Below, piece after piece: positions 52,373 through 62,667 of a stretch of DNA of 64,000 nucleotides. This DNA comes from Alphaproteobacteria bacterium. Its GTDB lineage: Bacteria; Pseudomonadota; Alphaproteobacteria; UBA828. The notes below the pieces were generated by a model. It ran no database searches, had not been told where the DNA came from, and was given only the letters and a program-made list of their open reading frames with translations. The DNA lies in the NCBI GenBank assembly GCA_965214705.1, contig CBDCCI010000002.1:1568001-1632000 (forward strand), read 5' to 3'. A program made the position numbers and the translations under genes. Positions within the stretch are counted from its first letter, which is position 1. Each line of letters begins with the position of its first letter.

Positions 52373-53179
52373 ATGTCCGACGGATTTCAATTCTACGACA
52401 TCATATTTTTCGCGCTAATCGCGATCTTCATTATCTTGCGCCTGCGCGGCGTTCTCGGCCGGCGAACCGGCCAGCATCGCCAGCGCCATCCCGATCGTTT
52501 CGCCCGGACCGAGCAGCCCCCTGAGGAAGGCCAGGGGCAGGGGCCGAGCCAGGGCCAGGGCGAGGTCGTCCAGCTGCCGGATCGCACCCGACCCGTGCGC
52601 GAGGCGCCGCAGGACGTGGCACCGCAGGACGAAGAACCGGAGCCAGCCGCACCGCGCCCGGCGTTCGCGGCCAAGAAGGAGGCGCCGGCGCGGGACGCGA
52701 CGGCGGACCGGGACGAGGCCATCGGCGGGCTCCGGGCCGGCCTGGAGCAGATCAGACGGGCGGACCACGAGTTCTCGCCGAAGCGCTTCGTTCAGGGCGC
52801 ACAGGCTGCCTTCGAGATGGTGGTGGACGCCTTCGCCAAGGGCGATACGGCAACGCTCCGGCCGCTCTTGGGCGACGATGTCTACGACGAGTTCGCGGCG
52901 GCCATCCGCGAGCGCATGGCGGACGGCCACGTTCAGGAGACCACCATCGTCGCCCTCGATGCGGCCGAGATCATCAGCGCCGAGATGCGCTCCAGCACCG
53001 CGCGGGTGACGGTGAAGTTCGTGAGCCAGCAGATCAATGTGGTGCGGGACAAGGACGGCGAGGAGGTCGGCGGCGACCCCAGCCTGATCGAGCGGGTCAC
53101 CGACATCTGGATTTTCGCGCGCAACACCCGCTCGTCCGATCCCAACTGGTCGCTGATCGAGACCACCATCCCCAATTGA
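52373..53179 (+). CDS. Tim44/TimA family adaptor
   Basis: LRLRGVLGRRTG, FVQGAQAAFEMVV, DIWIFAR..DPNW. Confidence 0.9.
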   Translation: MSDGFQFYDIIFFALIAIFIILRLRGVLGRRTGQHRQRHPDRFARTEQPPEEGQGQGPSQGQGEVVQLPDRTRPVREAPQDVAPQDEEPEPAAPRPAFAAKKEAPARDATADRDEAIGGLRAGLEQIRRADHEFSPKRFVQGAQAAFEMVVDAFAKGDTATLRPLLGDDVYDEFAAAIRERMADGHVQETTIVALDAAEIISAEMRSSTARVTVKFVSQQINVVRDKDGEEVGGDPSLIERVTDIWIFARNTRSSDPNWSLIETTIPN

Positions 53180-54387
53180 GCGCCATCCTTCGGCGCTGGT
53201 CGTGGCTGCTGGCGTTGGCCCCGCTTCTCATGCAGGCCTGCGCTCCCCAACCCGAGCGAGCCGAACCGGACCGGCTGGTGCTGCGTGCGGTCTCGTTCGA
53301 CGATTTGCCGGGGTGGGAGGCCGACGACCACAGCGCCGCGCTGGGGGCACTGCAACGATCGTGCACGGCGCTCGAGGAACGTGCCGACGACGAACCGCTG
53401 GATATCGCAGCGCTGGGCGGGCGCGTGGGCGATTGGCGCGCGATCTGCGCAGCCTCCGCCGGGTTGGAGGCTGCGGACCAGGCCCGCGAGTTCTTCGAGG
53501 CACACTTCGCGCCCCACGAGGCACGCAACGGCGCGGAGGCCGAGGGCCTCTTCACCGGCTACTTCGAGCCCGAGCTGCGCGGCGCGGCGCGGCCAGGCGG
53601 GCGCTACGCTGTGCCTCTCTACGCGCGCCCGCACGATCTGGTGACGGTCGATCTCGGGCTGTTCCGGCCCGATCTCGCTGGCGACCGGCTGGCGGGACGG
53701 GTCGCGGACGGTGCGCTGGAGCCCTACGCGACGCGGGCCGAAATCGACGGTGGCACGCTGGCGGCGCAGGGGCTGGAGCTCGTCTGGGTGGACGACCCCA
53801 TCGACGCCTTCTTCCTGCACATCCAGGGCTCAGGCCGGATTACCTTCGAGGACGGCACGAGCCGCCGCCTCGCCTACGCCGCCACCAACGGGCACAGCTA
53901 CTTCGCGATCGGCCGGCGGCTGGTCGATCTCGGCGCGCTCGACCGCGAGGACGTGTCGATGCAGACCATTCGGGACTGGTTGGCAGCGAACCCCGAGCGG
54001 GCGTCAGAGGTCATGCACGAGAACGCGTCCTACGTGTTCTTCCGCTGGCTCGAGGAGGAGCAGGCGACGGAAGGCCCGGTCGGCACCCAGGGCGTGGCGC
54101 TCACCGCCGGGCGCTCGCTCGCGGTGGACCGCCGCTTCGTGCCGATGAGCGTGCCGATCTGGCTGGAAAGCACCGCCCCCGACCCCGATCCCGCCAGGGA
54201 GGATCGCCCGCTCAGGCACCTCATGGTGGCACAGGACACGGGCGGCGCGATCCGAGGACCGGTGCGGGGCGACGTCTTCTGGGGCACGGGTGCCGAGGCC
54301 GGCGCGGTGGCCGGGCGCATGAAGCACGCGGGCCGCTACTGGCTGCTCCTGCCCCGCGGTCTCGACGTGAGCGCGCACCTGGACTAA
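53176..54387 (+). CDS. mltA: Membrane-bound lytic murein transglycosylase A
   Basis: Lipobox LMQAC; FTGYFEP, FFLHIQGSG, AQDTGGAIRG..RGDVFWG (3D domain). Confidence 0.93.
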   Translation: MSAILRRWSWLLALAPLLMQACAPQPERAEPDRLVLRAVSFDDLPGWEADDHSAALGALQRSCTALEERADDEPLDIAALGGRVGDWRAICAASAGLEAADQAREFFEAHFAPHEARNGAEAEGLFTGYFEPELRGAARPGGRYAVPLYARPHDLVTVDLGLFRPDLAGDRLAGRVADGALEPYATRAEIDGGTLAAQGLELVWVDDPIDAFFLHIQGSGRITFEDGTSRRLAYAATNGHSYFAIGRRLVDLGALDREDVSMQTIRDWLAANPERASEVMHENASYVFFRWLEEEQATEGPVGTQGVALTAGRSLAVDRRFVPMSVPIWLESTAPDPDPAREDRPLRHLMVAQDTGGAIRGPVRGDVFWGTGAEAGAVAGRMKHAGRYWLLLPRGLDVSAHLD

Positions 54388-54423
54388 CCTCCCGGTCCGT
54401 TTTCCCAAGCTGTAGAGCCGTCC

Positions 54424-55197
54424 ATGCCCGCTACGCCTCGCCGGGTCGGCCTCTTCGTGACATGCCTCGTCGACCTGTTCCGGCCGACGGTAGGCTTCGC
54501 TGCGGCGAAGCTGCTGGAGCGCGCCGGCTGCGAGGTGGTCGTGCCGAAGGCGCAGGTCTGCTGCGGCCAGCCCGCCTACAACTCGGGCGACCGCGCCGAC
54601 ACCAAGGCCGTCGCGCGTGACGTGATCGCCGCGTTCGAGCCCTTCGACGCGACGGTGGCGCCGTCGGGCTCCTGCGCCGGCATGATCAAGCGCCACTATC
54701 CCGCGCTCTTCGCCGGCGATGCTCACTGGGAGGCGCGTACCCAGCGCCTTGCCGAACGCACCTTCGAGCTGGTCTCGTTCCTGATCGATCAGTGCGGTGT
54801 CGAGACGGTGGACGCGCGCCATGAGGGCACGGTCACCTACCACGACTCCTGTTCGAGCCTGCGCGAGCTTGGGGTCCATGCGCAGCCGCGGCGCCTGCTC
54901 GGGACCGTGGATGGGCTGGAGTTGACCGAGCTTTCGGCGCCGGATGTGTGCTGCGGCTTCGGCGGTACCTTCTGCGTCAAGTACCCCGACATCTCCGGCC
55001 GCATGGTGGCGGACAAGGCGAAGGACATCGCCGCCACCGGCGCGGGCACGGTGCTCGCCGGCGACATGGGCTGCCTGCTCAACATCGCCGGGCGGCTGAG
55101 CCGCGAGGGCTCGGGCGTGAAGGCGCGTCACGTCGCCGAGGTGCTGGCAGGCATGGCTGACCGCCCGGCCATCGGCGAGCCCGCGCGGGGGCGCTGA
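54424..55197 (+). CDS. lutA: Lactate utilization protein A (CCG domains)
   Basis: FVTCLVD, CCGQPAYNSG, CCGFGGTF. Confidence 0.9.
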   Translation: MPATPRRVGLFVTCLVDLFRPTVGFAAAKLLERAGCEVVVPKAQVCCGQPAYNSGDRADTKAVARDVIAAFEPFDATVAPSGSCAGMIKRHYPALFAGDAHWEARTQRLAERTFELVSFLIDQCGVETVDARHEGTVTYHDSCSSLRELGVHAQPRRLLGTVDGLELTELSAPDVCCGFGGTFCVKYPDISGRMVADKAKDIAATGAGTVLAGDMGCLLNIAGRLSREGSGVKARHVAEVLAGMADRPAIGEPARGR

Positions 55198-55200
55198 GCC

Positions 55201-56619
55201 GTGGATGCCACCAGCCGCACCTTCGTCGCCAACGCGCGCGCCGGGCTGCAGGACGCCGATCTGCAGACCTCGCTCGCACGCTTCCAGGGCGGCTTTCAGG
55301 TCAAGCGGGCCGACGCCGCGAAGCGCCTGCCGGAGTTCGAGGCGTTGCGCGATGAGGCGCGCGCCATCAAGGACCACGTGCTGGCGCATCTCGACCACTA
55401 CCTGGAACGCTACGAAGAGCAGGTGACGGCGGCGGGTGGGATCGTCCATTGGTGCCAGACGCCGGAAGAGGCGCGCCAGGTCATTCTCTCGCTCTGCCGG
55501 GAGGCGGACGCCAAGACGGTGACCAAGAGCAAGTCCATGATCGCCGAGGAGATGGAGCTCAACCCCTTCCTCGAAGAGCATGGCATCGAGCCGGTGGAGA
55601 CCGATCTCGGCGAGTACGTGGTGCAGCTTGCCGACGAGCGGCCGAGCCACATCATCGCGCCGGCGGTGCACAAGACCCGGGACCAGGTCGCCGATCTCTT
55701 TCACGAGAAGCACACGCCGCTCGGTCGCACCCGCCGGCTCGAGCGCGTCGAGGAGCTGGTGGAGGAGGCGCGCGAGGTGCTGCGCCCGCGCTATCTCGCG
55801 GCCGATGTCGGCATCACGGGCGCGAACTTCCTGATCGCGGAGACCGGGTCCTCCGCCATCGTCACCAACGAGGGCAACGGGGACCTGACCCAGATCCTGC
55901 CGCGCATGCACATCGTGATCGCGACCCTGGAAAAGGTGGTGCCGACGCTGGAGGACGCGACCACCATCATGCGCGTGCTCGCGCGCTCGGCGACCGGGCA
56001 GGAGTTCTCCACCTACACGACCGTCTCGACCGGCCCGCGCCGGCCGGACGACGCCGACGGCCCTGAGGCCTATCACGTCGTGCTGCTCGACAACGGCCGC
56101 TCGCGGATGCTGGGCTCGGAGTTCCGGGAGGTGCTGCGCTGCATCAAGTGCGGCGCCTGCATGAACCACTGCCCGGTGTACGGCACGGTGGGCGGCCACG
56201 CCTACGGCTGGGTCTATCCGGGGCCGGTGGGCGCGGTGCTGACGCCCAACCTGATCGGCCTCGAAGAGGCGCGCCACCTGCCCAACGCATCGAGCTTCTG
56301 CGGCCGCTGCGAGGAAGTCTGCCCCATGCGCATCCCGCTGCCGGGGCTGATGCGCAAGCTCAGGGAGCAGGAGTTCGACCGGCGGTTGAACCCGGCGGCC
56401 GTCCGCACCGGGATCGGTGCCTGGGCCTGGCTCGCGCGGCGGCCCGCGCTCTACCGCTGCATGACCGGCCTCGGCATCCGCGTGCTGGGGGTGATGGGCC
56501 GGCGAAGCGGGCGCTTCACGCGGTTGCCGCTTGCAGGCGGCTGGACTGCGGCGCGCGACCTGCCGGCGCCCGAAGGGGCGACCTTCCACGCGCTCTGGCG
56601 CAAGGGGCGGCGGGCATGA
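55201..56619 (+). CDS. lutB: Lactate utilization Fe-S protein B
   Basis: ETDLGEY, TNEGN, CIKCGACMNHCP, CGRCEEVCP. Confidence 0.92.
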   Translation: MDATSRTFVANARAGLQDADLQTSLARFQGGFQVKRADAAKRLPEFEALRDEARAIKDHVLAHLDHYLERYEEQVTAAGGIVHWCQTPEEARQVILSLCREADAKTVTKSKSMIAEEMELNPFLEEHGIEPVETDLGEYVVQLADERPSHIIAPAVHKTRDQVADLFHEKHTPLGRTRRLERVEELVEEAREVLRPRYLAADVGITGANFLIAETGSSAIVTNEGNGDLTQILPRMHIVIATLEKVVPTLEDATTIMRVLARSATGQEFSTYTTVSTGPRRPDDADGPEAYHVVLLDNGRSRMLGSEFREVLRCIKCGACMNHCPVYGTVGGHAYGWVYPGPVGAVLTPNLIGLEEARHLPNASSFCGRCEEVCPMRIPLPGLMRKLREQEFDRRLNPAAVRTGIGAWAWLARRPALYRCMTGLGIRVLGVMGRRSGRFTRLPLAGGWTAARDLPAPEGATFHALWRKGRRA

Positions 56620-57320
56620 GCGCGGCAAGCGGTCGCGACGCCATCCTCGGCTCGATCCGCCGCTCGCTCGGCCGCGGGCCGCTGGACGATACGGCACGCG
56701 CTGCGGTTGACGAGCGCATCGCTCAACCGAAGCCCAACATCGTGCCGGCGCGCACCGACATTCCCCAGGACGAGAAGGTCGCGCTCTTCACCTCGATGGC
56801 CGAGGCGGTGTTCGCGACCGTAGACCGCGTTGCCGGCCCGGACGCAGTGCCGGGCGCGGTCGCCGACTACCTGGCGCAGCACAACCTGCCGCCGGCGCTG
56901 GTGATGGCGCCCGATCCCGCGCTCGACGCCTATCCCTGGGACGAGCGGCCCATGCTCGCCATCCGCCGGGGCCGGGCGGAAGAGGCCGACCGGGTCGGCG
57001 TGACCGGCGCCGTCATGGGCTTCGCCGAGACCGGCACCCTGATGATGACCTCCGGCTCCGAGCACCCCTCCACGCTCAACTTCCTGCCGGAGACCCACAT
57101 CGTGGTGCTGCCGGCGGAGAAGATCGGCGGCGCCTACGAGGAGGGCTGGGCACACTTGCGCGCCGAAGGCGGGTCGGACGCAGGCGGCGGCTTCATGCCG
57201 CGCACGGTCAATCTCGTCACCGGCCCGTCGCGCACCGCCGATATCGAGCAGACCATCGCGCTCGGCGCTCACGGGCCGCGCCGGCTGCACATCGTCATCG
57301 TGGAAGGCGACGAGTCATGA
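56616..57320 (+). CDS. lutC: Lactate utilization protein C
   Basis: AETGT, TGPSRTADIEQ, GAHGP. Confidence 0.9.
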   Translation: MSAASGRDAILGSIRRSLGRGPLDDTARAAVDERIAQPKPNIVPARTDIPQDEKVALFTSMAEAVFATVDRVAGPDAVPGAVADYLAQHNLPPALVMAPDPALDAYPWDERPMLAIRRGRAEEADRVGVTGAVMGFAETGTLMMTSGSEHPSTLNFLPETHIVVLPAEKIGGAYEEGWAHLRAEGGSDAGGGFMPRTVNLVTGPSRTADIEQTIALGAHGPRRLHIVIVEGDES

Positions 57321-57916
57321 GCGAGCGCGGCCGCCGTATACGGAACGAGGAGGCGGCGCTCTGGCAGCGCGTCTCCCGCGACGTGACGCCGCTCCCGCGC
57401 GGTGCCGTGGTGCTGGAAGAGGCGGAAACGCCGGAGGAGGAGGCGCCACCGCCGCCACCAGCGCCGAAGAAGATCAAGAAGCCCCGTCGTGCGGCGCCTG
57501 CGGCGACCCCGGCACCGCCCCCGCCTCCGCCGCTCCCCGAGCTCGACCCGGTGATGCCGGCCGGCCTCGACCGGCGCACCGCGCGGCGGCTGAGGCGCGG
57601 GCAGCTCGCGGCCGAGGCGCGGCTCGACCTCCACGGCAGGACGCAGGACCAGGCGCACGACGCGCTGCAGGACTTCATCGAAGAGAGCCGCATGGCGCGG
57701 CGCCGCTGCGTGCTGGTCATCACCGGCAAGGGCTCGGTCGCGAGCGGCAGAGGCGGCGTGCTGCGCCAGATGGTGCCGCGCTGGCTCAACGAGCCGGCGC
57801 TGCGCCGGCACATCATCGCCATCACCAACGCGCCCGAGAGCAGCGGCGGCGCCGGCGCGCTCTACGTGCTGCTCAAGAGCCGGGAGCCGCTCGAGCGCGA
57901 CAGTGGCGCCGGCTGA
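57317..57916 (+). CDS. Smr/MutS2 domain protein
   Basis: LDLHG, LVITGKG, GGAGALYVLL. Confidence 0.92.
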   Translation: MSERGRRIRNEEAALWQRVSRDVTPLPRGAVVLEEAETPEEEAPPPPPAPKKIKKPRRAAPAATPAPPPPPPLPELDPVMPAGLDRRTARRLRRGQLAAEARLDLHGRTQDQAHDALQDFIEESRMARRRCVLVITGKGSVASGRGGVLRQMVPRWLNEPALRRHIIAITNAPESSGGAGALYVLLKSREPLERDSGAG

Positions 57917-58313
57917 GCCCGAGCCGGACAAACCGGAGCCCGGCGAGGTCGCCGACGGGCTCATCGCCTTCCTCGACCGGCTGGCGCGGCGGCTCGCGCT
58001 GGAGGTCCACACCCTCTGGCTGGTGTTCCGCCACCGCGAGACGCCCTGGCCGGTCAAGGCGGTGCTGATCTTGCTGCTGGCTTATCTCGCGAGCCCCGTC
58101 GACCTGATTCCCGACGTGATTCCCGTGCTCGGGATGCTCGACGACCTCGTGGTGGCGGCGGTGGCGCTCTGGCTCGCCTACCGGCTGACGCCGCCCCACG
58201 TGATGGAGGAATGCCGGGCCAGGGCGAGCGAAGCGGCGGAGGGAAAAGAGGGCTGGGTCTCGAAGCTCTGGCGCAAGCTCACCGGGCAGGCGCGCCCCAA
58301 TCGCGGGGGCTAA
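57903..58313 (+). CDS. YkvA/DUF1232 family membrane protein
   Basis: AYLASPVDLIPDVIPVLGMLDD. Confidence 0.9.
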   Translation: MAPAEPEPDKPEPGEVADGLIAFLDRLARRLALEVHTLWLVFRHRETPWPVKAVLILLLAYLASPVDLIPDVIPVLGMLDDLVVAAVALWLAYRLTPPHVMEECRARASEAAEGKEGWVSKLWRKLTGQARPNRGG

Positions 58314-58466
58314 CGGCCTCCGCCGCGGGCCGCGAATTGCACTGAAAGGTCACACCAATAGCCGCTCTTGTCATGACTGAAACCGTGGGGCAATTTGCCG
58401 CCGGTTCCGTCGGCCGTTCTGCCTCTGGCGGCTGAGGGAGGCGGGACGCGCGTTAGGGAGGAAAGG

Positions 58467-58895
58467 ATGCGACCGAATATCCCCGAAGAGACCGGTATTC
58501 AGCTCGATCAGGGCCGGGCCTCGACCGATGACTTCATCACCCGCACCTACGTGTTGCCGCTGCTCTCCGACCCGGCGACGCGGGCGAGGCTGATCGAGGA
58601 GCACCGCAACAATCCCGTCGGCAAGCCCGGCAAGGCGGGCAAGGCCGGCGTCGGCCACAGCCCCGATCTCATCACGGTGATCGACAAGCTGCGCCGCGCG
58701 CCGATGACCGGCAAGTACGTGCGAATCTGCACCAGGCCGCACGAGGAATACCGCATCGGCATCACCTCCGGCGTGCGCGGGGAGCCGGTGAAGATCCTGG
58801 AGGATGAGAGTTATCCGAGCGAGGACTCGTGCGAGCACGCGATCTTCGTGAAGCGCGTGCATGACCTGCTCGCGCTCTACGGCTACGACGCCTAG
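58467..58895 (+). CDS. N,N-dimethylformamidase small-subunit-like protein
   Basis: LIEEHRNNPVG..HSPDL..KY..EHAIFVKR; directly upstream of the large subunit; RBS GAAAGG. Confidence 0.7.
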   Translation: MRPNIPEETGIQLDQGRASTDDFITRTYVLPLLSDPATRARLIEEHRNNPVGKPGKAGKAGVGHSPDLITVIDKLRRAPMTGKYVRICTRPHEEYRIGITSGVRGEPVKILEDESYPSEDSCEHAIFVKRVHDLLALYGYDA

Positions 58896-58941
58896 GCGTC
58901 CGCTCCAGGCTTCAACTCAAGACTTAGTTGGGAGACACGAC

Positions 58942-61290
58942 ATGCTTCGGATCACCGGATACAGCGACCGCTACTCGATCCGTCCGGGCGATGACATCAC
59001 GTTCTATGTGAACTCCGAGAACGGCGAAGACTACGAGGCCAAGCTCGTCCGCCTGATTCACGGCGACACCAACCCCGACGGGCCGGGCTACAAGGAAGAG
59101 GAGATCGACGCGCCGTTCGACGGCAACTACACGGGGCGCAACCAGAAGATCCACGGCGGCTCCTACGTGATCGTGCCGCACAATGAGCGCATGTCCGTGT
59201 CGAGCTTCACCATCCAGGCATTCATCTTCCCGACCACGCCGACCAAGGGCCGCCAGGGCATCCTGACCAAGTGGGTGAACGACACCGGTTACGGCCTCTT
59301 CGTCGACGACGACGGCAGCCTCGCGGTCTGCATCGGCGACGGCAACCAGGTGCACAAGCTTTCGAGCGGCAAGCCGCTGCTGCGCAAGGTCTGGTACCTC
59401 GCCGCCGCCTCCTACGACGCCGACAGCGGCGAGGTGCGCCTCTACCAGGAGCCGGTGGTGACGTCCGCCAACGGCGGCCTTGGCATGGCGCTGCTGCATC
59501 CGGCGGAAGAGACCACGGCTGAGGTCTCGGACAGCTGCGACACCGGACCCGGGGCCAACGACGCGCCCTTCCTCATGGCGGCGTCGACGCAGGTCTCGGA
59601 TTCCGGCCGCTCGATCTGCGGCGCGCACTACAAGGAGGCGCTGACCCCGGTGGGGCTGCCCGAGCAGTGCGACACCTACAACGGCAAGATCGACCGCCCC
59701 CGGCTCTCGGACGCAGCCCTCGGCAAGCACGAGATCGACGCGCTGGCGCGGGGCTTCAAGGGCTGCCCGGCGGACCTGCGCCGGAGCGTGGTGGGCGCCT
59801 GGGACTTCCAGGCCAACATCACCAAGCACATCTCGTCCTCCTACATCATCGACACCTCGCCGAGCGTGTTGAACGGCTTTGCGATCAACCTGCCGGCGCG
59901 CGGCATGACCGGCTACAACTGGACCGCGGACGAGATCGTCTACCACCACGCGCCGGAGGAATACGGCGCGATCCACTTCCACGACGACGACATCGACGAC
60001 GCCCGGTGGGACGCGGACTTCAACTTCACGGCGCCCGAGGGGCTGAAGAGCGGCTTCTACGCCGCGCGACTCCGCATCGGCGGGGAGGAGTCGTCGGCGA
60101 CCGAGGACTACATCCCGTTCGTGGTGCGCCCGCCCAAGGACCAGCCCTCGGCGAAGGTCGCGGTGATCATCCCGACCAACAGCTACCTCGCCTATTCCAA
60201 CGACAACCTGGCGACCAACTCGGTGGTGGCGCAGCTCCTGGCCGGCAAGGTGCCGCTGATGCAGGCCTCCGACCTCTACCTCAACGAGCACCGCGAGTAC
60301 GGGCTTTCGACCTACTCGCTGCACTCGGATGGCAGCGGCGTCTGCTACTCGTCGCGGCTCCGGCCGATCCTCAACATGCGGCCGAAATACCGGCACTGGC
60401 TCTCGCCCTCGCTCTGGCAGCTCAACGGCGACCTGCACCTGACCGACTGGCTGGAGGCCGTGGGCTTCGACTACGACCTGCACACCGACGAGGACCTGGA
60501 CCGCGAGGGCGTGGCGCTGCTCAACCAGTACCGCGTGGTGCTCACCGGCTCGCATCCGGAGTACTCGTCCGAGGCCATGATCGACGCCTATGAGGCCTAT
60601 CAGCAGCAGGGTGGCCGCTGGCTCTACCTCGGCGCCGACGGGTTCTACTGGTGCAGCCAGTACCACCCGGACAACGGCAACATCATCGAAGTGCGCAAGG
60701 GCGAGGCCGGCACCCGTGCCTGGACCGCCAATCCCGGCGAGTACAACAACGCCTTCGACGGCAAGTTCGGCGGCATGTGGCGGGCGCGGGGGCGTATCCC
60801 GAGCAAGGTCTGCGGCCTCACCTTCACGGCCTACGGCTTCGACGTCTCCTCCTACTACCAGCGCGAGCCAGACAGCTTCCGCTCCGAGTGCGAGTGGATC
60901 TTCGAGGGCATCGGCGATGACGAGATCATCGGCGACTTCGGGCTGGTGGGCGGTGGCGCTGCGGGGCTGGAGCTCGACCGCTACGACCTCGAGTTCGGCA
61001 CGCCGCACCACGGCTACCTGCTCGCCCGCTCCGAGGGCCACACCGACCTGATGCTCCAGGTCAACGAGGAGATCCACTTCGCCTGCCGCGGCTACTACGG
61101 CGGCGGGCACGAGAACCCGCAAATCCGGGCCGACATGATCTATTACAAGACGCCCAACGACGGCGCGGTGTTCGGGCCCGGCTCGCTGGTCTGGTGCGGC
61201 AGCCTGTCGCACAACAACTACGACAACAACGTCTCTAGGATCATGGAGAACGTGATCAACGGTTTCCTCAAGGACGGGCCGCTGCCCTGA
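58942..61290 (+). CDS. N,N-dimethylformamidase large-subunit-like metalloamidase
   Basis: ITGYSDRYS, LVRLIHGD, YGAIHFHDDD, SYLAYSN, GLSTY, TGSHPEY, GGAAGLELD. Confidence 0.88.
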   Translation: MLRITGYSDRYSIRPGDDITFYVNSENGEDYEAKLVRLIHGDTNPDGPGYKEEEIDAPFDGNYTGRNQKIHGGSYVIVPHNERMSVSSFTIQAFIFPTTPTKGRQGILTKWVNDTGYGLFVDDDGSLAVCIGDGNQVHKLSSGKPLLRKVWYLAAASYDADSGEVRLYQEPVVTSANGGLGMALLHPAEETTAEVSDSCDTGPGANDAPFLMAASTQVSDSGRSICGAHYKEALTPVGLPEQCDTYNGKIDRPRLSDAALGKHEIDALARGFKGCPADLRRSVVGAWDFQANITKHISSSYIIDTSPSVLNGFAINLPARGMTGYNWTADEIVYHHAPEEYGAIHFHDDDIDDARWDADFNFTAPEGLKSGFYAARLRIGGEESSATEDYIPFVVRPPKDQPSAKVAVIIPTNSYLAYSNDNLATNSVVAQLLAGKVPLMQASDLYLNEHREYGLSTYSLHSDGSGVCYSSRLRPILNMRPKYRHWLSPSLWQLNGDLHLTDWLEAVGFDYDLHTDEDLDREGVALLNQYRVVLTGSHPEYSSEAMIDAYEAYQQQGGRWLYLGADGFYWCSQYHPDNGNIIEVRKGEAGTRAWTANPGEYNNAFDGKFGGMWRARGRIPSKVCGLTFTAYGFDVSSYYQREPDSFRSECEWIFEGIGDDEIIGDFGLVGGGAAGLELDRYDLEFGTPHHGYLLARSEGHTDLMLQVNEEIHFACRGYYGGGHENPQIRADMIYYKTPNDGAVFGPGSLVWCGSLSHNNYDNNVSRIMENVINGFLKDGPLP

Positions 61291-61357
61291 CCCGGAGGAG
61301 GCGACACGACCGGCGGCAGGTTAACGCCGCCTCGGCCTGAGCGGAGAGAGTCTGCGG

Positions 61358-61744
61358 ATGAGCATTTCGGACAAGACCCGCAGCTCTCTCATGCCCATGG
61401 TCATGCCGCCGCCGGGCAAGAAGATGCTGCCGACTCGTGCGCAGGCGACCGCGCTGGAGGAGGCGCTGCTCGGCGACCTCGACCCCGACAAGCTCAACGA
61501 CCTTTCCGAGGTGCTGTTCGCGCTCAACGCCCACAAGCTCGGCCCGATCCCCGGCTTCTACGTCGTGGTCTGCACCAAGCCCGACGAGGAATGGTGCGTG
61601 GGCCAGCTTGCCGCCGACCGCGCCAAGCCGCTGATCATGTTCGAGGACATGCGCTTCGATAAGCCGGAGGCGGCGCTGGCTGCGGCCGAGAAGCTCAAGG
61701 CCGAGGACGACGCAGCGGGCCGGAGCCCAATCGTCACCGGCTGA
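61358..61744 (+). CDS. Second DMFase small-subunit-like paralog
   Basis: PIPGFYVVVCTKPDEEWCVG aligns with PMTGKYVRICTRPHEEYRIG of the 58467 ORF. Confidence 0.6.
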   Translation: MSISDKTRSSLMPMVMPPPGKKMLPTRAQATALEEALLGDLDPDKLNDLSEVLFALNAHKLGPIPGFYVVVCTKPDEEWCVGQLAADRAKPLIMFEDMRFDKPEAALAAAEKLKAEDDAAGRSPIVTG

Positions 61745-61778
61745 TGCGGAACGGCCCGGCTCAATCGCCTCGTAACCG

Positions 61779-62558
61779 ATGACTGCCGAGACGCGCCTCG
61801 CCAGCCTGCCGATGTACTGCGAGGACGAGGTTCGTCCCGCGACGGAGCGCTGGTGGGCGGGCCTTGCCCGGCACCTGCGGGAGTGCGGCGTGGAGGGCGT
61901 TCCCGACACGCTGACGTGGCCCGACGACTATCAGGGTCATTGGCGCTCGCCGGGGCTCCTGTTCAGCCAGACTTGCGGCTACCCCTACGTGAACGTTCTC
62001 GGCTCGGCGGTGAAGCTGGTCGCGACCCCCAGTTACGACGCGCCAGGCTGCGAAAGGGCCCGTTATGGGGCGCACGTCATCGTCCGCGAGAGCGCGGAGG
62101 CGCAGAGCGTCGCCGACCTGCGGGGCGCGCGGCTGGCAGCCAACGGCACGGGGTCCTTCTCGGGCTATCACGTCTGGCGGCACATGCTGCCGGCCGGCGA
62201 CGACCCGCCGTCCTTCTTCGGAGAAATCGTCGCCTCCGGCTCCCACCGCGCGAGCATCCGCCTCGTCGCGGCCGGAGAGGCGGATGCCTGCGCGGTCGAT
62301 TGCGTCACCCACGCATTGCTCTCCGACCAGGCCGGGGACGAGCTGCGCGGCACCCGGATCCTGACCTCGTCGCCGACCGCGCCGGGAATGCCTTACGTCA
62401 CCGGCGCCGCGACATCGGACGAGGACATCGCGAAGATGCGCGAAGGGCTCCTCGCCGCCATCGCCGATCCGGCGCTCGCGGCCGACCGCGAAGTGCTGCA
62501 CCTGACCGGCGCCAGTGTCCTGACGGACGAGGACTACCGGAGCGCGTTCCAGGGTTAG
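61779..62558 (+). CDS. PhnD/SsuA-like substrate-binding-fold protein, no signal peptide evident
   Basis: ASLPMY, LLFSQTCGYP, SGSHRASI..GEADACAVDCVT. Confidence 0.8.
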   Translation: MTAETRLASLPMYCEDEVRPATERWWAGLARHLRECGVEGVPDTLTWPDDYQGHWRSPGLLFSQTCGYPYVNVLGSAVKLVATPSYDAPGCERARYGAHVIVRESAEAQSVADLRGARLAANGTGSFSGYHVWRHMLPAGDDPPSFFGEIVASGSHRASIRLVAAGEADACAVDCVTHALLSDQAGDELRGTRILTSSPTAPGMPYVTGAATSDEDIAKMREGLLAAIADPALAADREVLHLTGASVLTDEDYRSAFQG

Positions 62559-62576
62559 GGCCCTATCCGAGCAAAC

Positions 62577-62605
62577 GGGACCGTACCTCGTGGCCGTACG
62601 GTCCC
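62577..62605 (+). terminator. Possible intrinsic terminator
   Basis: 10-bp stem GGGACCGTAC/GTACGGTCCC followed by TTGCTT. Confidence 0.45.
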
Positions 62606-62667
62606 TTGCTTCCCATGCACTGTGGCCCGAGAGCCCCCTCCTCACCCCAGCCCTCTCCTCCCCTCGG

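Noticed and set aside
52527-52562. Short CAGGG repeats in the Tim44 gene
   Set aside because: Encode a low-complexity GQ linker; ordinary.
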